DNA of 64,000 nt from a virus. Location of the stretch: the IMG/VR virus record IMGVR_UViG_3300045988_076522; one strand, written 5' to 3'. The position numbers were made by a program, and so were the translations under genes. How positions within the stretch are numbered: position 1 is the first letter of the stretch; each line of letters begins with the position of its first letter. Positions 19,277 through 28,372 of this stretch are shown here, piece by piece. A model generated the notes under the pieces. It saw nothing but the letters and a program-made list of their open reading frames with translations, was not told the DNA's origin and did not search any database.

Positions 19277-19543
19277 TCACTCTTCGCCATAGTACATCAA
19301 GTATAGCACCTGCTGACGCAAACCATATCTACGTGTAACCACGTTAGCTTCCGCTCTCCTGGAAAGCGCAGCATTGATACTCCTCTTGAGTTTATCGGCA
19401 TCAAATAGCAAACCAGTCACTCCTACTAATCCATTAGGCTCATCAGCGCAGATGTAATCTACTGCTTCAAAGAGCTGGGCTTTAGTTTCAGAGCTGTTCA
19501 CCTTCTGCCATTTCTTTATTTCTTTCTCAAAGTCCATAATCAA
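19277..19543 (-). CDS. Hypothetical protein
   Basis: 88-aa ORF. Confidence 0.4.
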   Translation of the reverse strand: MIMDFEKEIKKWQKVNSSETKAQLFEAVDYICADEPNGLVGVTGLLFDADKLKRSINAALSRRAEANVVTRRYGLRQQVLYLMYYGEE

Positions 19544-19914
19544 TTAAGTGCTTCAAGTTCTTTAGCTAATTCTTCCAGAGATTTGCCTTCGAGTTCAGCG
19601 TCTTGTTTCTTAGCCATAAGGTCAAGAATCTTCTGACGCTTAGCTTTCTTCTCACTTTCAAGTAGACGGTCTTCCTGTTCTTGCAACTTAACATCAATAA
19701 TGTGTTTTGCAATATTGAATTTCAGTTCAAGTTCGGTAGTGTCCTTAGTCCGGGTTTTGATGAAGCTTTCAGTTTTAGACTCTTGCAATTTCTTGTTAAG
19801 AGCAATTGCAATATTGTCAAGTTGAATTAAGGGTAAATCCCACAAGTCTTCAACAGAAAGAACTCCACGTTGCGTGTTAAAACGCAATTTCATTCTAGAT
19901 GCTTTCTCAAACAT
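19540..19914 (-). CDS. Hypothetical coiled-coil protein
   Basis: 124 aa, K/E-rich. Confidence 0.45.
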   Translation of the reverse strand: MFEKASRMKLRFNTQRGVLSVEDLWDLPLIQLDNIAIALNKKLQESKTESFIKTRTKDTTELELKFNIAKHIIDVKLQEQEDRLLESEKKAKRQKILDLMAKKQDAELEGKSLEELAKELEALN

Positions 19915-19916
19915 AA

Positions 19917-20855
19917 TTATAGCATTAAATTGTTAATACGTTTATATTCTTCAAACACTTTGTCCTCTGATTCTTCTCCCCACATACTGTGAATGAGAAT
20001 ACCATAAGCACAAGGCTGGTACACAATAGGGTCTACTGCCTTCTTAGTGATTGTAACCTCTGGATTGTTTAATTGACTAGGAGGGCAAGCTACAAATAGC
20101 TCATTTCTACCTATCTTAACAGCATCAAAGGAAACTATGTTAGGGTAGCTAAAAGCCTTTACATCAGCAGGAAGGCCGGGATTCTTGTTAATTATACTAG
20201 ACAGCCTGAGTGTGCCTTCTGTATCAGGGCCAATAACTATGTGATTGTGTGATTCTATGTATTTCTTCAGATTGTTCAACATAGTTTCACTGTCACTGTA
20301 TCCGTAGTTAATACCTGTAACATAATAATATGCCCCATTAGCATACTCCAACCCTAAATCAGAGAACATTGGTCCTTCACCATTAAGTTTACGCTTAACT
20401 TCTAAGATTTCTCTAATATTACGGTCAGGAATCACTCCAGTGTACTGTTTTAGTAGACCTTTGACAAGTTTATACTTCTTACAAACATCATCAAATTGTT
20501 TAGAACCAACTAGAAGAGTACTCTCTCCGAACACTTCTCTTGCACGCTTTACGAAACTAAACAAGTTCTTAGCGCGCATGGCATCCAGAGCTATCTGATT
20601 ATATTCCGATATTTTAGCTTGCAATAACCTAGCATTCTTTGAGCTGCCCAGTCCAGCATCAACCAACGTGTTGTATTCTCTTACTAATGTATCTCTATTA
20701 GGAATATCAACTGATGTCTTGGAAACAGAACGTAGATATTCCTCCATACATAAAGCAAGAGCCATAGCTATGTTGGACTGAATAGTCATCACCGGCACGT
20801 CAACCACTTCTGGAGTTATAACTTCAGAATCATTGCGTTTTAGAAATCTAAACAT
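19917..20855 (-). CDS. Paralog-family protein A (unknown function; C-terminal motif IHSMWGEESEDKVFEEYKR)
   Basis: Shares AGLG(S/G)(S/T)KNA, a G/Y-rich middle and the SMWGEE C-terminus with 28373..29224 and with the decayed copy at 22871..23745. Confidence 0.55.
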   Translation of the reverse strand: MFRFLKRNDSEVITPEVVDVPVMTIQSNIAMALALCMEEYLRSVSKTSVDIPNRDTLVREYNTLVDAGLGSSKNARLLQAKISEYNQIALDAMRAKNLFSFVKRAREVFGESTLLVGSKQFDDVCKKYKLVKGLLKQYTGVIPDRNIREILEVKRKLNGEGPMFSDLGLEYANGAYYYVTGINYGYSDSETMLNNLKKYIESHNHIVIGPDTEGTLRLSSIINKNPGLPADVKAFSYPNIVSFDAVKIGRNELFVACPPSQLNNPEVTITKKAVDPIVYQPCAYGILIHSMWGEESEDKVFEEYKRINNLML

Positions 20856-22867
20856 CAGAAATTGACTTTTAAAGTTCTACTAAATGTTCCGTCCACTTTA
20901 ACAATAACGGAATTACGCATAGTAGATGAGAACCCTAATCCACTCAATTGATGTTCTTGGTAAGGAGTCTTCATCTTATCAGCTAGAACCTCAAATACCT
21001 TACGGTGAGGAGTTAGCTCACTGTTAAGATATTCGTTAAAGAATCCACGAACAGGCTCCGGATTCTTGCAATCATCCAACATAAAGAAGTAATGTTTATT
21101 GCCAATACCCTGCTCATCCCAATAATTGGGAGACAGCATCATCACGTTCACCTTATGGAACTTGTTAGTATCAATATTCCATAGGCTTACTGACGAATGG
21201 CTAGTACTGGGTATTAGCTCTCTTATTTGGATACCTTTAGATTTACTGTAAGTAATCTCGGCAACCATGACATTCTCTTTATGTTTAACGGGTTTGTCAT
21301 AGACAAATTGTCGAACTTCTCCATTGTGTTCTATTTCCAATGTAAATCCTGTATCAACAGATTCTCTACAATGAAAGTTATTGACATACACAACATACTT
21401 ACCTTCAAGCATCTTGCGTTCGTTAACCCATATGATGTTCTCAACGGGTTTGCGAGTTTTGCCATATCCAGCATTTTCATCCACGTCTAGCTTACCACCA
21501 CTTCTGCCGATTCTGTTGGAGTAATAAATTTCAAGATTATTAGGTTCAACGACATGCAAATCCAAGTCATCATAGTTAGACCATGCCAACGAACATCTTA
21601 AGAATCCTTCAGTCTGACCACCAGCAGCTCTTACTTTCTCTTTAATAGAATCAGCTACTCCTCCATTATATGTCCAAGCAAAGTTGTTTGGCCATTTAAA
21701 TAGATTCTTAGCATCCTTATTAACAGGAGCTGTAAGAGTTACTAAGTTATTAGACAGCCTACTCTCCATTAACACTTCTATGTTAGTGGCAGTGGGTACC
21801 ACATTAGCAATGAAATCATCAATGCTAATTTCAGTTAACTTGTCAAACTTCTTAGGATTAACTTTAGTGTCTGCGGCCAGTTCCTCGAATATGTTTCCGG
21901 CCATTACCTTCTTGGCATCACGGTTAGCGAATATAACATTGTTGACTGTTATATCCTCTAAAGCAGCATGTCTACGAGGTAGAGAATCCATAAGACCTAG
22001 TTCCTGCACTTTCTTCTGTGCTTCCTCAATCATTCTTTTAGTAACAATTGACTTAGGTCTTTGATAGTTCTCTGGAGCCATGATACGTTCGTATGCAGTC
22101 ACACAATCGTCCAATTCAAGTCCTGATGATATATTTACCAACAATGTACCAATTGCCGTATTACGAATGCGTGCACATCCTACACGATTGAAGTTTGCCC
22201 AACACCAGTTGTCTTTCTCTTCATCAGGTAATGAATCATAGTATCTTTTATGACCCAGGAATACACTTAAGTCATTTTTAAACTGTTCTCCTCTATATAA
22301 AGCATTCTGACCTATTAAGTCCAGAACTGTTTCTATAGAATCGATAGTTAATTCCTCCAGTGCACGTTTGAACACTTCCTTAGTTGTGCGTAAAGTCCCC
22401 ATTACAGCAGATACGGATTCAGTTCCTGTATACACCAATTGATTTGGCATATGATAGTAAAGATGATTCCAGGTAATTACTTTAGGGCCTTGCAAACTGT
22501 CAATATAGACATTGTTTCTATCAATTCCTAGTTCATAATCACGAGTGATAAAAACATCTACAACTGGTTTTGATTTCACTAATGCATCGAGATTTCTAGC
22601 TACAGTAGCATAAGGTTCATCCAACTGTAGGTTCTCCCACATGGTTACTACTTTATTGTCTTTAATGGCGACAACTCTACCATAATGTCTGATATAATGT
22701 TTACAATTGTTGCAATTATGAGACTGTCTCTCTTCCTCCGGAAAGGAATTAAGATAACAATCCCATAATGCATCCTTGTCTACATTAGTCAGAAAGAGCA
22801 TGTCTGCACCAGCAGCTAGTTGATTAAACTGCGCATGGACTGCTCTTTTAAACTTGACAAATTCCAT
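20855..22867 (-). CDS. Large hypothetical protein (670 aa)
   Basis: Long uninterrupted ORF. N-terminal HNCNNCKHY Cys/His cluster. No confident motif. Confidence 0.55.
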   Translation of the reverse strand: MEFVKFKRAVHAQFNQLAAGADMLFLTNVDKDALWDCYLNSFPEEERQSHNCNNCKHYIRHYGRVVAIKDNKVVTMWENLQLDEPYATVARNLDALVKSKPVVDVFITRDYELGIDRNNVYIDSLQGPKVITWNHLYYHMPNQLVYTGTESVSAVMGTLRTTKEVFKRALEELTIDSIETVLDLIGQNALYRGEQFKNDLSVFLGHKRYYDSLPDEEKDNWCWANFNRVGCARIRNTAIGTLLVNISSGLELDDCVTAYERIMAPENYQRPKSIVTKRMIEEAQKKVQELGLMDSLPRRHAALEDITVNNVIFANRDAKKVMAGNIFEELAADTKVNPKKFDKLTEISIDDFIANVVPTATNIEVLMESRLSNNLVTLTAPVNKDAKNLFKWPNNFAWTYNGGVADSIKEKVRAAGGQTEGFLRCSLAWSNYDDLDLHVVEPNNLEIYYSNRIGRSGGKLDVDENAGYGKTRKPVENIIWVNERKMLEGKYVVYVNNFHCRESVDTGFTLEIEHNGEVRQFVYDKPVKHKENVMVAEITYSKSKGIQIRELIPSTSHSSVSLWNIDTNKFHKVNVMMLSPNYWDEQGIGNKHYFFMLDDCKNPEPVRGFFNEYLNSELTPHRKVFEVLADKMKTPYQEHQLSGLGFSSTMRNSVIVKVDGTFSRTLKVNF

Positions 22868-22870
22868 AAT

Positions 22871-23745
22871 CTTATAAAGGTTTAATATTGTCGAATATAT
22901 TGTCTTCGGCTTCTACTCCCCATTTAGAGTGAATCATTACCCCTATTGGAGTTACTTGAAACACAAATGGGTCATTATTGATAGGAATAATCTTCCTTTC
23001 CGGAACTGTAAACTGCATCGTTTTTCATTCATTTTCTTCAATAGGAGCGGCAATGAATAAGTCAGCACTGCTACATTCTTTTTGAATCAGCAATGTTCAC
23101 ATCATGTGCCTTGGCTTTTATTAAGGATATGAAAGAATGGATATGCATTCATTCTAGCCTTATTTTCTACTCAAATACGTAAGTCCAATATGGGAAGGTT
23201 CCTGCCTAATGAAGTACCTTCCAACCGGATAGGACATGCTATCAATAGGCATAGGGTGAGTAGCAACTTGCATACCAGTAACATACCGTAAAGGTGAACC
23301 GTTTCCGCTATAGTTAACATACTCATTTTGCTTCAAGTGCTTGAGCAGTGGCCATTACCTTAGAGATTTCATCAATGTTCTCGTCAGGCACAGAACCTTT
23401 ATAAGCTGATAGTCTTCCAACAACTAATCCATACTTAACATTCAGATTAATGAAATCCTCCTCCTTAAGTATCAATGAGCCAGGGAAATGTCTTTGCAAA
23501 AAGCTATAACATTTTAAGACTTTAAGGTCCTCTTCCGAAGTGATAGCATCACCTACTTCTTTAGAATTAGTAAATCCTAAAGCTTTCAGTTTGACAGCCT
23601 TATCAACTAGTTGATGATTCGGATTCAGACCCTTAATAGTCTTCATGTACTCTACAGCCATTAGAGTATAAGCTAATTGCACTTCTTGGGCTGTGAATCT
23701 CTTTGTGCCTACAGACGTATCTGTAGAAGGACTAAAATTGTTCAT
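22871..23745 (-). pseudogene. Decayed third copy of the SMWGEE paralog family (frameshift plus several in-frame stops)
   Basis: The N-terminal half (23323..23745) ends at AAA-TGA. Homology continues in the +1 frame (EYVNYSGNGSPLRYVTG...HIGLTYLSRK). A 66-nt segment then carries five stops (TAA, TAG, TAA, TAA, TGA), followed by ADLFIAAPIEENE-TGA-KTMQFTVPERKIIPINNDPFVFQVTPIGVMIHSKWGVEAED. Together these align over the full length of paralogs A and B. Confidence 0.55.
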
Positions 23746-23865
23746 AATTACTTTTGTTTAACTGAACCTGGTCTGGTAGTAGCTCTCTTAAATGAATCAG
23801 ATTGCTTATCCCACCAAGCCTGTCGGTCTTTAAGACGTTGTACTTTCTTCTTGTATTTCATAGGT

Positions 23866-24339
23866 TTATCCTATTTCGTTACTAGCATTATAAGCAAGCT
23901 TGTCAGCTTCCTTATTATATTCATCACTTGCGTGACCTTTACACCACTCAACAGACACTACTTTATGCCTGTTCACAGCCTTATCAAGACGTTCCCACAA
24001 ATCAGTATTGGCTTTCCTCTTCCACCCTTTAGTAAGAGTTCCTACAATATACATAGAATCTGTTACTATTGTAATTTCAGAAGGTTCCTTTATGGATTCC
24101 AGGGCAACTATGGCAGCCATTTGCTCCATTCGCTGATTGGTGCTGTTCTTATACATCTTACTGTATTGGAATATCTTCTTGTCATCCTCTAAAATGACAA
24201 AGCCTATTCCCCCTTGATTTCTCGCAGGAGAATAGGCACCATCACAGTATATTCTGTACTTATGCGTCGGCATTAGGATTCTCAACAAAATCCTCATCAT
24301 CCTCATCTTCTTCGGTTTCGGATATGACATCCTCATCAA
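23866..24339 (-). CDS. rnhA: Ribonuclease H (RNase HI-like). The true start is probably the internal MPTHKY near 24273.
   Basis: IYCDGAYSP...GGIGFVI; TNQRMEQMAAIVALESI; ITIVTDSMYIV; WCKGH...NKEADKLA. These match the conserved RNase H DEDD segments. Confidence 0.65.
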   Translation of the reverse strand: MMRMSYPKPKKMRMMRILLRILMPTHKYRIYCDGAYSPARNQGGIGFVILEDDKKIFQYSKMYKNSTNQRMEQMAAIVALESIKEPSEITIVTDSMYIVGTLTKGWKRKANTDLWERLDKAVNRHKVVSVEWCKGHASDEYNKEADKLAYNASNEIG

Positions 24340-24790
24340 TAAGATGCTTAACCCACATACCTAAGATAAAGATGACATAGAATTTGTCTTCCTCCTGTTT
24401 GTAGTTAACCTTGTCAGAGACTTCATTAACTACATCTAACATTGTGAACTCCTCTTTAGCCATAGCATCATCAGCTATAGCAGACATTTCTTCTACATAA
24501 GGTCTAGCCTTCTGCATCGCTTCGTCAAAACTCTTTACTAAGGCTATGCCTTCATCACCTCTAATTTGCATAGCAACAGATAGAGGTTGTTGCAATTCAT
24601 TTCTAAAGAAGCCCAAATAGAAAGCCTTCTCTACATCTCCGTTTACGAAGTCATTGAAAGATTTAGCTTTCATTACTTCCTCCACTTTGAAATCAATTTC
24701 TGATACGTCTCTGATTTTGTCCATAATGTTATGATAGCAACCCACCAATCTTCTCGGCCATGGCTGTTGCTTTGTTAGAAACTGCTTCAA
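24260..24790 (-). CDS. Hypothetical protein with an acidic C-terminal tail
   Basis: 176 aa ending ISETEEDEDDEDFVENPNADA. Confidence 0.45.
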   Translation of the reverse strand: MKQFLTKQQPWPRRLVGCYHNIMDKIRDVSEIDFKVEEVMKAKSFNDFVNGDVEKAFYLGFFRNELQQPLSVAMQIRGDEGIALVKSFDEAMQKARPYVEEMSAIADDAMAKEEFTMLDVVNEVSDKVNYKQEEDKFYVIFILGMWVKHLIDEDVISETEEDEDDEDFVENPNADA

Positions 24791-24980
24791 GGTTTGCAGC
24801 TTCAGTTTGTAATTCGATAATCTCTTGTTCTCTAACCTCTTTCTCTGCTTGAGCTCTAGATGCTACCTCTTTAAGATTGGTAACAGCTTTCTCAAATACA
24901 TCAATAATCTTAGCTGATTCCTCGGCTAGTGAGGTACTTGTTACTTTAGCCGGTTCGGCTGATTGTTTCTTTCCAAACAT
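24729..24980 (-). CDS. Hypothetical coiled-coil protein
   Basis: 83-aa ORF. Confidence 0.35.
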   Translation of the reverse strand: MFGKKQSAEPAKVTSTSLAEESAKIIDVFEKAVTNLKEVASRAQAEKEVREQEIIELQTEAANLEAVSNKATAMAEKIGGLLS

Positions 24981-25012
24981 CTTATAGGATTAGAATTACA
25001 GGGTTCAGGGTG

Positions 25013-25094
25013 AGCGGCTGTCGGGAATCGAACCCAATCTATCACTTGTGCGCATACTAAAATTAGTGATGTGCCCTCCTTTACACTACAACCG
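25013..25094 (-). tRNA. Atypical tRNA-like gene (identity undetermined)
   Basis: Clear T-arm TTGGGTTCGATTCCCGA and acceptor GCGGTTG/CAGCCGC. The anticodon region does not fold canonically. A 6-bp stem (ATCACT/AGTGAT) encloses an 18-nt loop. Confidence 0.35.
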
Positions 25095-25362
25095 CATGGA
25101 GCAGTGGTTAGAATACTAATAGTCAAACACTAATAGTCATTCCTAAAGAGGTGTTCTGCAACCACCCCACAGTCAGCGCTAAACTGCACGTCTTATTACA
25201 TACGCTCAACTCTGCTTTAGTTGTCATCGCTGGACTTTATTTAACCCAGGTTCCAGCCTGGTCTATACTAGTTTCCTTTTAAGCTTACCACACTTGGAAC
25301 ATACTAGTAAGTATCTGTTACAATCAGTATAGCTAGTTTTTGCTATTATAGTCCATTCATGC

Positions 25363-26556
25363 CTACATGCCAGTTTCTCTAGCCATTTCTTGAATAGTTC
25401 TTTCATAATCAATTCGTTTTACTAATGGATATAGTTGCCCATAGCCGTGATTAACTGTTATACACCTAGATGTTATAGACAGACGATAGTGAGCATTGTT
25501 AATTTCGTTAGTAAGATACTCCATAGTTACAGGAGTTACTCCGTCACTAAATGTAACAGTTATGCCCGCTTCTATATCTTCTACACTCTTAGTAAGAGCA
25601 TCTAAGCTACTTTGAATTTCTGCATATCTAGGATTAGGAATCTGCTCCGTCTCTAAATGCATAAAATGCTTAGATGTTTCACCTATATAACCTCCTTTGC
25701 TACATGGAATCGGAAGATAAACCCAGTTGTTATCAAACTTAACAGCTTGTTCATAAGCATAAGTTCCAGGTCTAAAGAGTTGCTGGTACGTATCGACTTT
25801 AACTACTTCTCTAGTCCCAGGAAGTCTGCCTTGCTTGCCGTCTAACCACCACCTTATATAGTCACGAGCATCACGCACATGATATACTGGCAACTCAACT
25901 GGAGTACCATTAACCATACACCAATAATGACCTAGCAACCTCGGTCTATAAAAGTCAGAGTCTGTTCCATTGGAGTCAGGATTAGAATTGGCAAATCCAT
26001 AACAGTAATCATAATAGTCTGCTGCTTTATGAGGTTTAGCAATCTTACCAAACTTGGGCAAAGCATGATTCCTGTTCTCCTTCCATTGCTTAGTACTAAT
26101 GTTGTATCGACGACCTCTAGGAGTCTGCTCAACAGATTGTACTAATCCATTATCATCAACTCTAAAGAACGCCTGTCTCCACCTATAATCAGTGAAGTAG
26201 TCGTCTAGGTATTCAGTTTTGTCAGTATTCTTAATTGGCTTAATCCACTCATTCCAGGCTTTGGCTAGCTCTTTATAAGGCTTACCTACATACTTGGCTA
26301 TGAATTTCACAATCCTAGATTCTTTAACGTATCCATAGCCATGGTCCCAAGCTATATGACAACTTTTGTCTAATACCTTTCTACCATATCCTCTCTGCGC
26401 TGCCACTTCTTTAGATACTCTCAAATTGAAATCAGCATCAAAATCAGCTAGCGTCACTTTAGTAAGGTGTCTAGGATAGTAGCTTGGATTACGAGTATGC
26501 TTGCTTTTACGTTTATACTCTTTCCTATGGCCAAGTTTAAGTCTTCGTTCACTCAT
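25363..26556 (-). CDS. Hypothetical protein with a basic N-terminus
   Basis: 397 aa. N-terminal KR-rich segment. W/Y-rich. Confidence 0.5.
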   Translation of the reverse strand: MSERRLKLGHRKEYKRKSKHTRNPSYYPRHLTKVTLADFDADFNLRVSKEVAAQRGYGRKVLDKSCHIAWDHGYGYVKESRIVKFIAKYVGKPYKELAKAWNEWIKPIKNTDKTEYLDDYFTDYRWRQAFFRVDDNGLVQSVEQTPRGRRYNISTKQWKENRNHALPKFGKIAKPHKAADYYDYCYGFANSNPDSNGTDSDFYRPRLLGHYWCMVNGTPVELPVYHVRDARDYIRWWLDGKQGRLPGTREVVKVDTYQQLFRPGTYAYEQAVKFDNNWVYLPIPCSKGGYIGETSKHFMHLETEQIPNPRYAEIQSSLDALTKSVEDIEAGITVTFSDGVTPVTMEYLTNEINNAHYRLSITSRCITVNHGYGQLYPLVKRIDYERTIQEMARETGM

Positions 26557-26557
26557 G

Positions 26558-26842
26558 TTATAGTATTTTAGTTACTTTACCAAATACGGATTTGGTCCAC
26601 CCATTAATCTTACCATGATTGTTGCCTATAAGAACTCCTCTGTCTCCCTTAGCTTTGATTAAGTGAGTATAGTATCTACCTTTAACTTTGCAGAATACTA
26701 TATCACCTACCTCTACATCGCTAAGATTTATAGGACTCAAGACATGCTCTTGGCCAGATTTGATTAGAGGAGTCATAGAGTTTCCCTTCTCTGAGGTTCT
26801 GAAGGATTTTCCTTCGGTCAATAGTCTCTCCTTGTAATGCAT
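26558..26842 (-). CDS. S24 (LexA/UmuD-like) peptidase-domain protein
   Basis: GNSMTPLI (G-x-SM Ser motif), then GDIVFCKVKGRYYTHLIKAKGDRGVLIGNN. This resembles the LexA C-terminal domain with the catalytic Lys. Confidence 0.45.
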   Translation of the reverse strand: MHYKERLLTEGKSFRTSEKGNSMTPLIKSGQEHVLSPINLSDVEVGDIVFCKVKGRYYTHLIKAKGDRGVLIGNNHGKINGWTKSVFGKVTKIL

Positions 26843-27212
26843 CGGCTTTAGACATTAAATATACAAAGTTTAATCTCTCTTCCATGGTAGAGCCATTACT
26901 TATCCTTTCAAACAAGGTTAACTCTTGCCCATTCTTGTAGTTATAGTAAGATATCAACTCATTATATCTGACAGTTTTACTATTCAACGAAGCTATAGTC
27001 ATTGGATATCTTCTTAGCACTACTCCCCTATATAAATCAACAAGTTCACCCAATGAGTTGGCAATCTTTAATAACCTAACTACATTGGGTGAACCGTGTT
27101 TCTTGTACCTAATAGCATAATTCTCCAGAGCAGCATCCCAATCATGGAACACGTGTTGAGCTTGAGTTAAATCAATCTCAACTATTTTACGCAGGAACTC
27201 TTCTATAGTCAT
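26721..27212 (-). CDS. Hypothetical protein
   Basis: 163-aa ORF. Confidence 0.45.
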   Translation of the reverse strand: MTIEEFLRKIVEIDLTQAQHVFHDWDAALENYAIRYKKHGSPNVVRLLKIANSLGELVDLYRGVVLRRYPMTIASLNSKTVRYNELISYYNYKNGQELTLFERISNGSTMEERLNFVYLMSKADALQGETIDRRKILQNLREGKLYDSSNQIWPRACLESYKS

Positions 27213-27213
27213 A

Positions 27214-27390
27214 TTAATTAGATATTGTAGGTGATGTTAACTTGTCAATTAGATTCTTCATTGCTTCTTCACCAGCAGCAAAACCTTCAGAATACCCGAT
27301 TTTATATGCCTTCTCTATAGATACAGCAACAGCTTCCATGACGCTATTGCCCTCATACTGTTTCTTTAATTCTTCTAATAGTTCTTTCAT
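27214..27390 (-). CDS. Small hypothetical protein (58 aa)
   Basis: Hand translation: MKELLEELKKQYEGNSVMEAVAVSIEKAYKIGYSEGFAAGEEAMKNLIDKLTSPTISN. Weakly similar to the small ORF at 29641..29805. Confidence 0.35.
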   Translation of the reverse strand: MKELLEELKKQYEGNSVMEAVAVSIEKAYKIGYSEGFAAGEEAMKNLIDKLTSPTISN

Positions 27391-27416
27391 AAATCCTCCT
27401 TCCTTTAATTATTAGT

Positions 27417-27500
27417 AGCTTGAGTGGGATTCGAACCCACACGTCCATTTCTGGACACCAGAGCTTAAATCTGGGGCGTCTACCAATTTCGCCATCAAGC
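27417..27500 (-). tRNA. tRNA-Leu (anticodon TAA), type II
   Basis: Acceptor GCTTGAT/ATCAAGC. Anticodon stem CCAGA/TCTGG with loop TTTAAGC. Long variable arm. T-arm GTGGGTTCGAATCCCAC. Confidence 0.65.
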
Positions 27501-27507
27501 CATACCC

Positions 27508-27684
27508 TTATACTGACATCATGACCTTGATTGTAACTACAATTATCATTCCTATAGTACTTATAGCAGCTATACTTAAGAATATCTTAACCCATTTAAA
27601 GTCACAATCCCATATAGTTAGTAACATAGCTATTAATGCAGCCACAAATGCAATGACTACAGTAATCATTAATGCTGTTTCCAT
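27508..27684 (-). CDS. Small hydrophobic membrane protein (58 aa)
   Basis: Hand translation METALMITVVIAFVAALIAMLLTIWDCDFKWVKIFLSIAAISTIGMIIVVTIKVMMSV. Two predicted TM helices. Confidence 0.35.
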   Translation of the reverse strand: METALMITVVIAFVAALIAMLLTIWDCDFKWVKIFLSIAAISTIGMIIVVTIKVMMSV

Positions 27685-27735
27685 ATCAATCTCTTACTAA
27701 GTCTATCCAATTAATTAGGATATGATACAACCACC

Positions 27736-28131
27736 TCATAATACGTAATCGCAATAAGTGTCAACAAAATCCTTAGCTTCTTTTAAACCACATTTAGCAG
27801 ATTCTTTTACATGCTTAATTGCTTGCAGTTTGGAACCAGTCGATACAAACTGTTTCATCTTAAAGAAGTCTTCACATGACAAATCAATTGTATTATTCCA
27901 ACGCTTCCTGCATGCAAGCATTGCATCACTATACTCTTGAGGATGTTCTGTCCAGGTAATTTGTTGGTCTAATATAACTGTACAAGTTCCATCAAGTATA
28001 TCATACTCTCTAGATTCTACGGTGAATTTACCAGCTTCTAACACTACTATATCAGTAGGAAATGGAATCATCTCTGATGAGATTGATACTTCCTCTATTG
28101 TCTTATCATCTTTTACAAATTTTACAAACAT
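27736..28131 (-). CDS. Hypothetical protein
   Basis: 131-aa ORF. Confidence 0.45.
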   Translation of the reverse strand: MFVKFVKDDKTIEEVSISSEMIPFPTDIVVLEAGKFTVESREYDILDGTCTVILDQQITWTEHPQEYSDAMLACRKRWNNTIDLSCEDFFKMKQFVSTGSKLQAIKHVKESAKCGLKEAKDFVDTYCDYVL

Positions 28132-28156
28132 AATCTTTAAGTATTAACTAATAATG

Positions 28157-28230
28157 TGGCGAGAAGGTGACTCGAACACCCAACCTTGATATTATGAGTA
28201 TCACGCTCTGACCAGTTGAGCTATCTCGCC
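28157..28230 (-). tRNA. tRNA-Met/Ile2 (anticodon CAT)
   Basis: GGCGAGA...TCTCGCC acceptor. Anticodon stem TGATA/TATCA with loop CTCATAA. T-arm GGGTGTTCGAGTCACCT. Confidence 0.65.
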
Positions 28231-28372
28231 ATTAATAATCCGCCTGGTAGGGCTGCGAGCTGCCTTACCAATTATTGACGTCAGCTAATCTATGGAATAG
28301 CACGTCTGCTAAACTGAAATAGCCCTATAGTCATTTCTACACCTGCTCACATTTAAGTGGTGGATTACATGT

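Noticed and set aside
22871-23745. Stop-codon recoding (TGA or TAG as sense) as an explanation for the interrupted third paralog
   Set aside because: The interrupting segment contains all three stop codons (TAA, TAG, TGA) plus a frame change. No single reassignment restores the ORF. Decay, or frameshift plus readthrough, is more likely.
26721-27212. HD-domain dATPase (DatZ-like) partner for the PurA/PurZ-like gene
   Set aside because: Only an isolated HVFHD string is present. The spacing of the other HD-domain His/Asp ligands is absent. There is not enough evidence.
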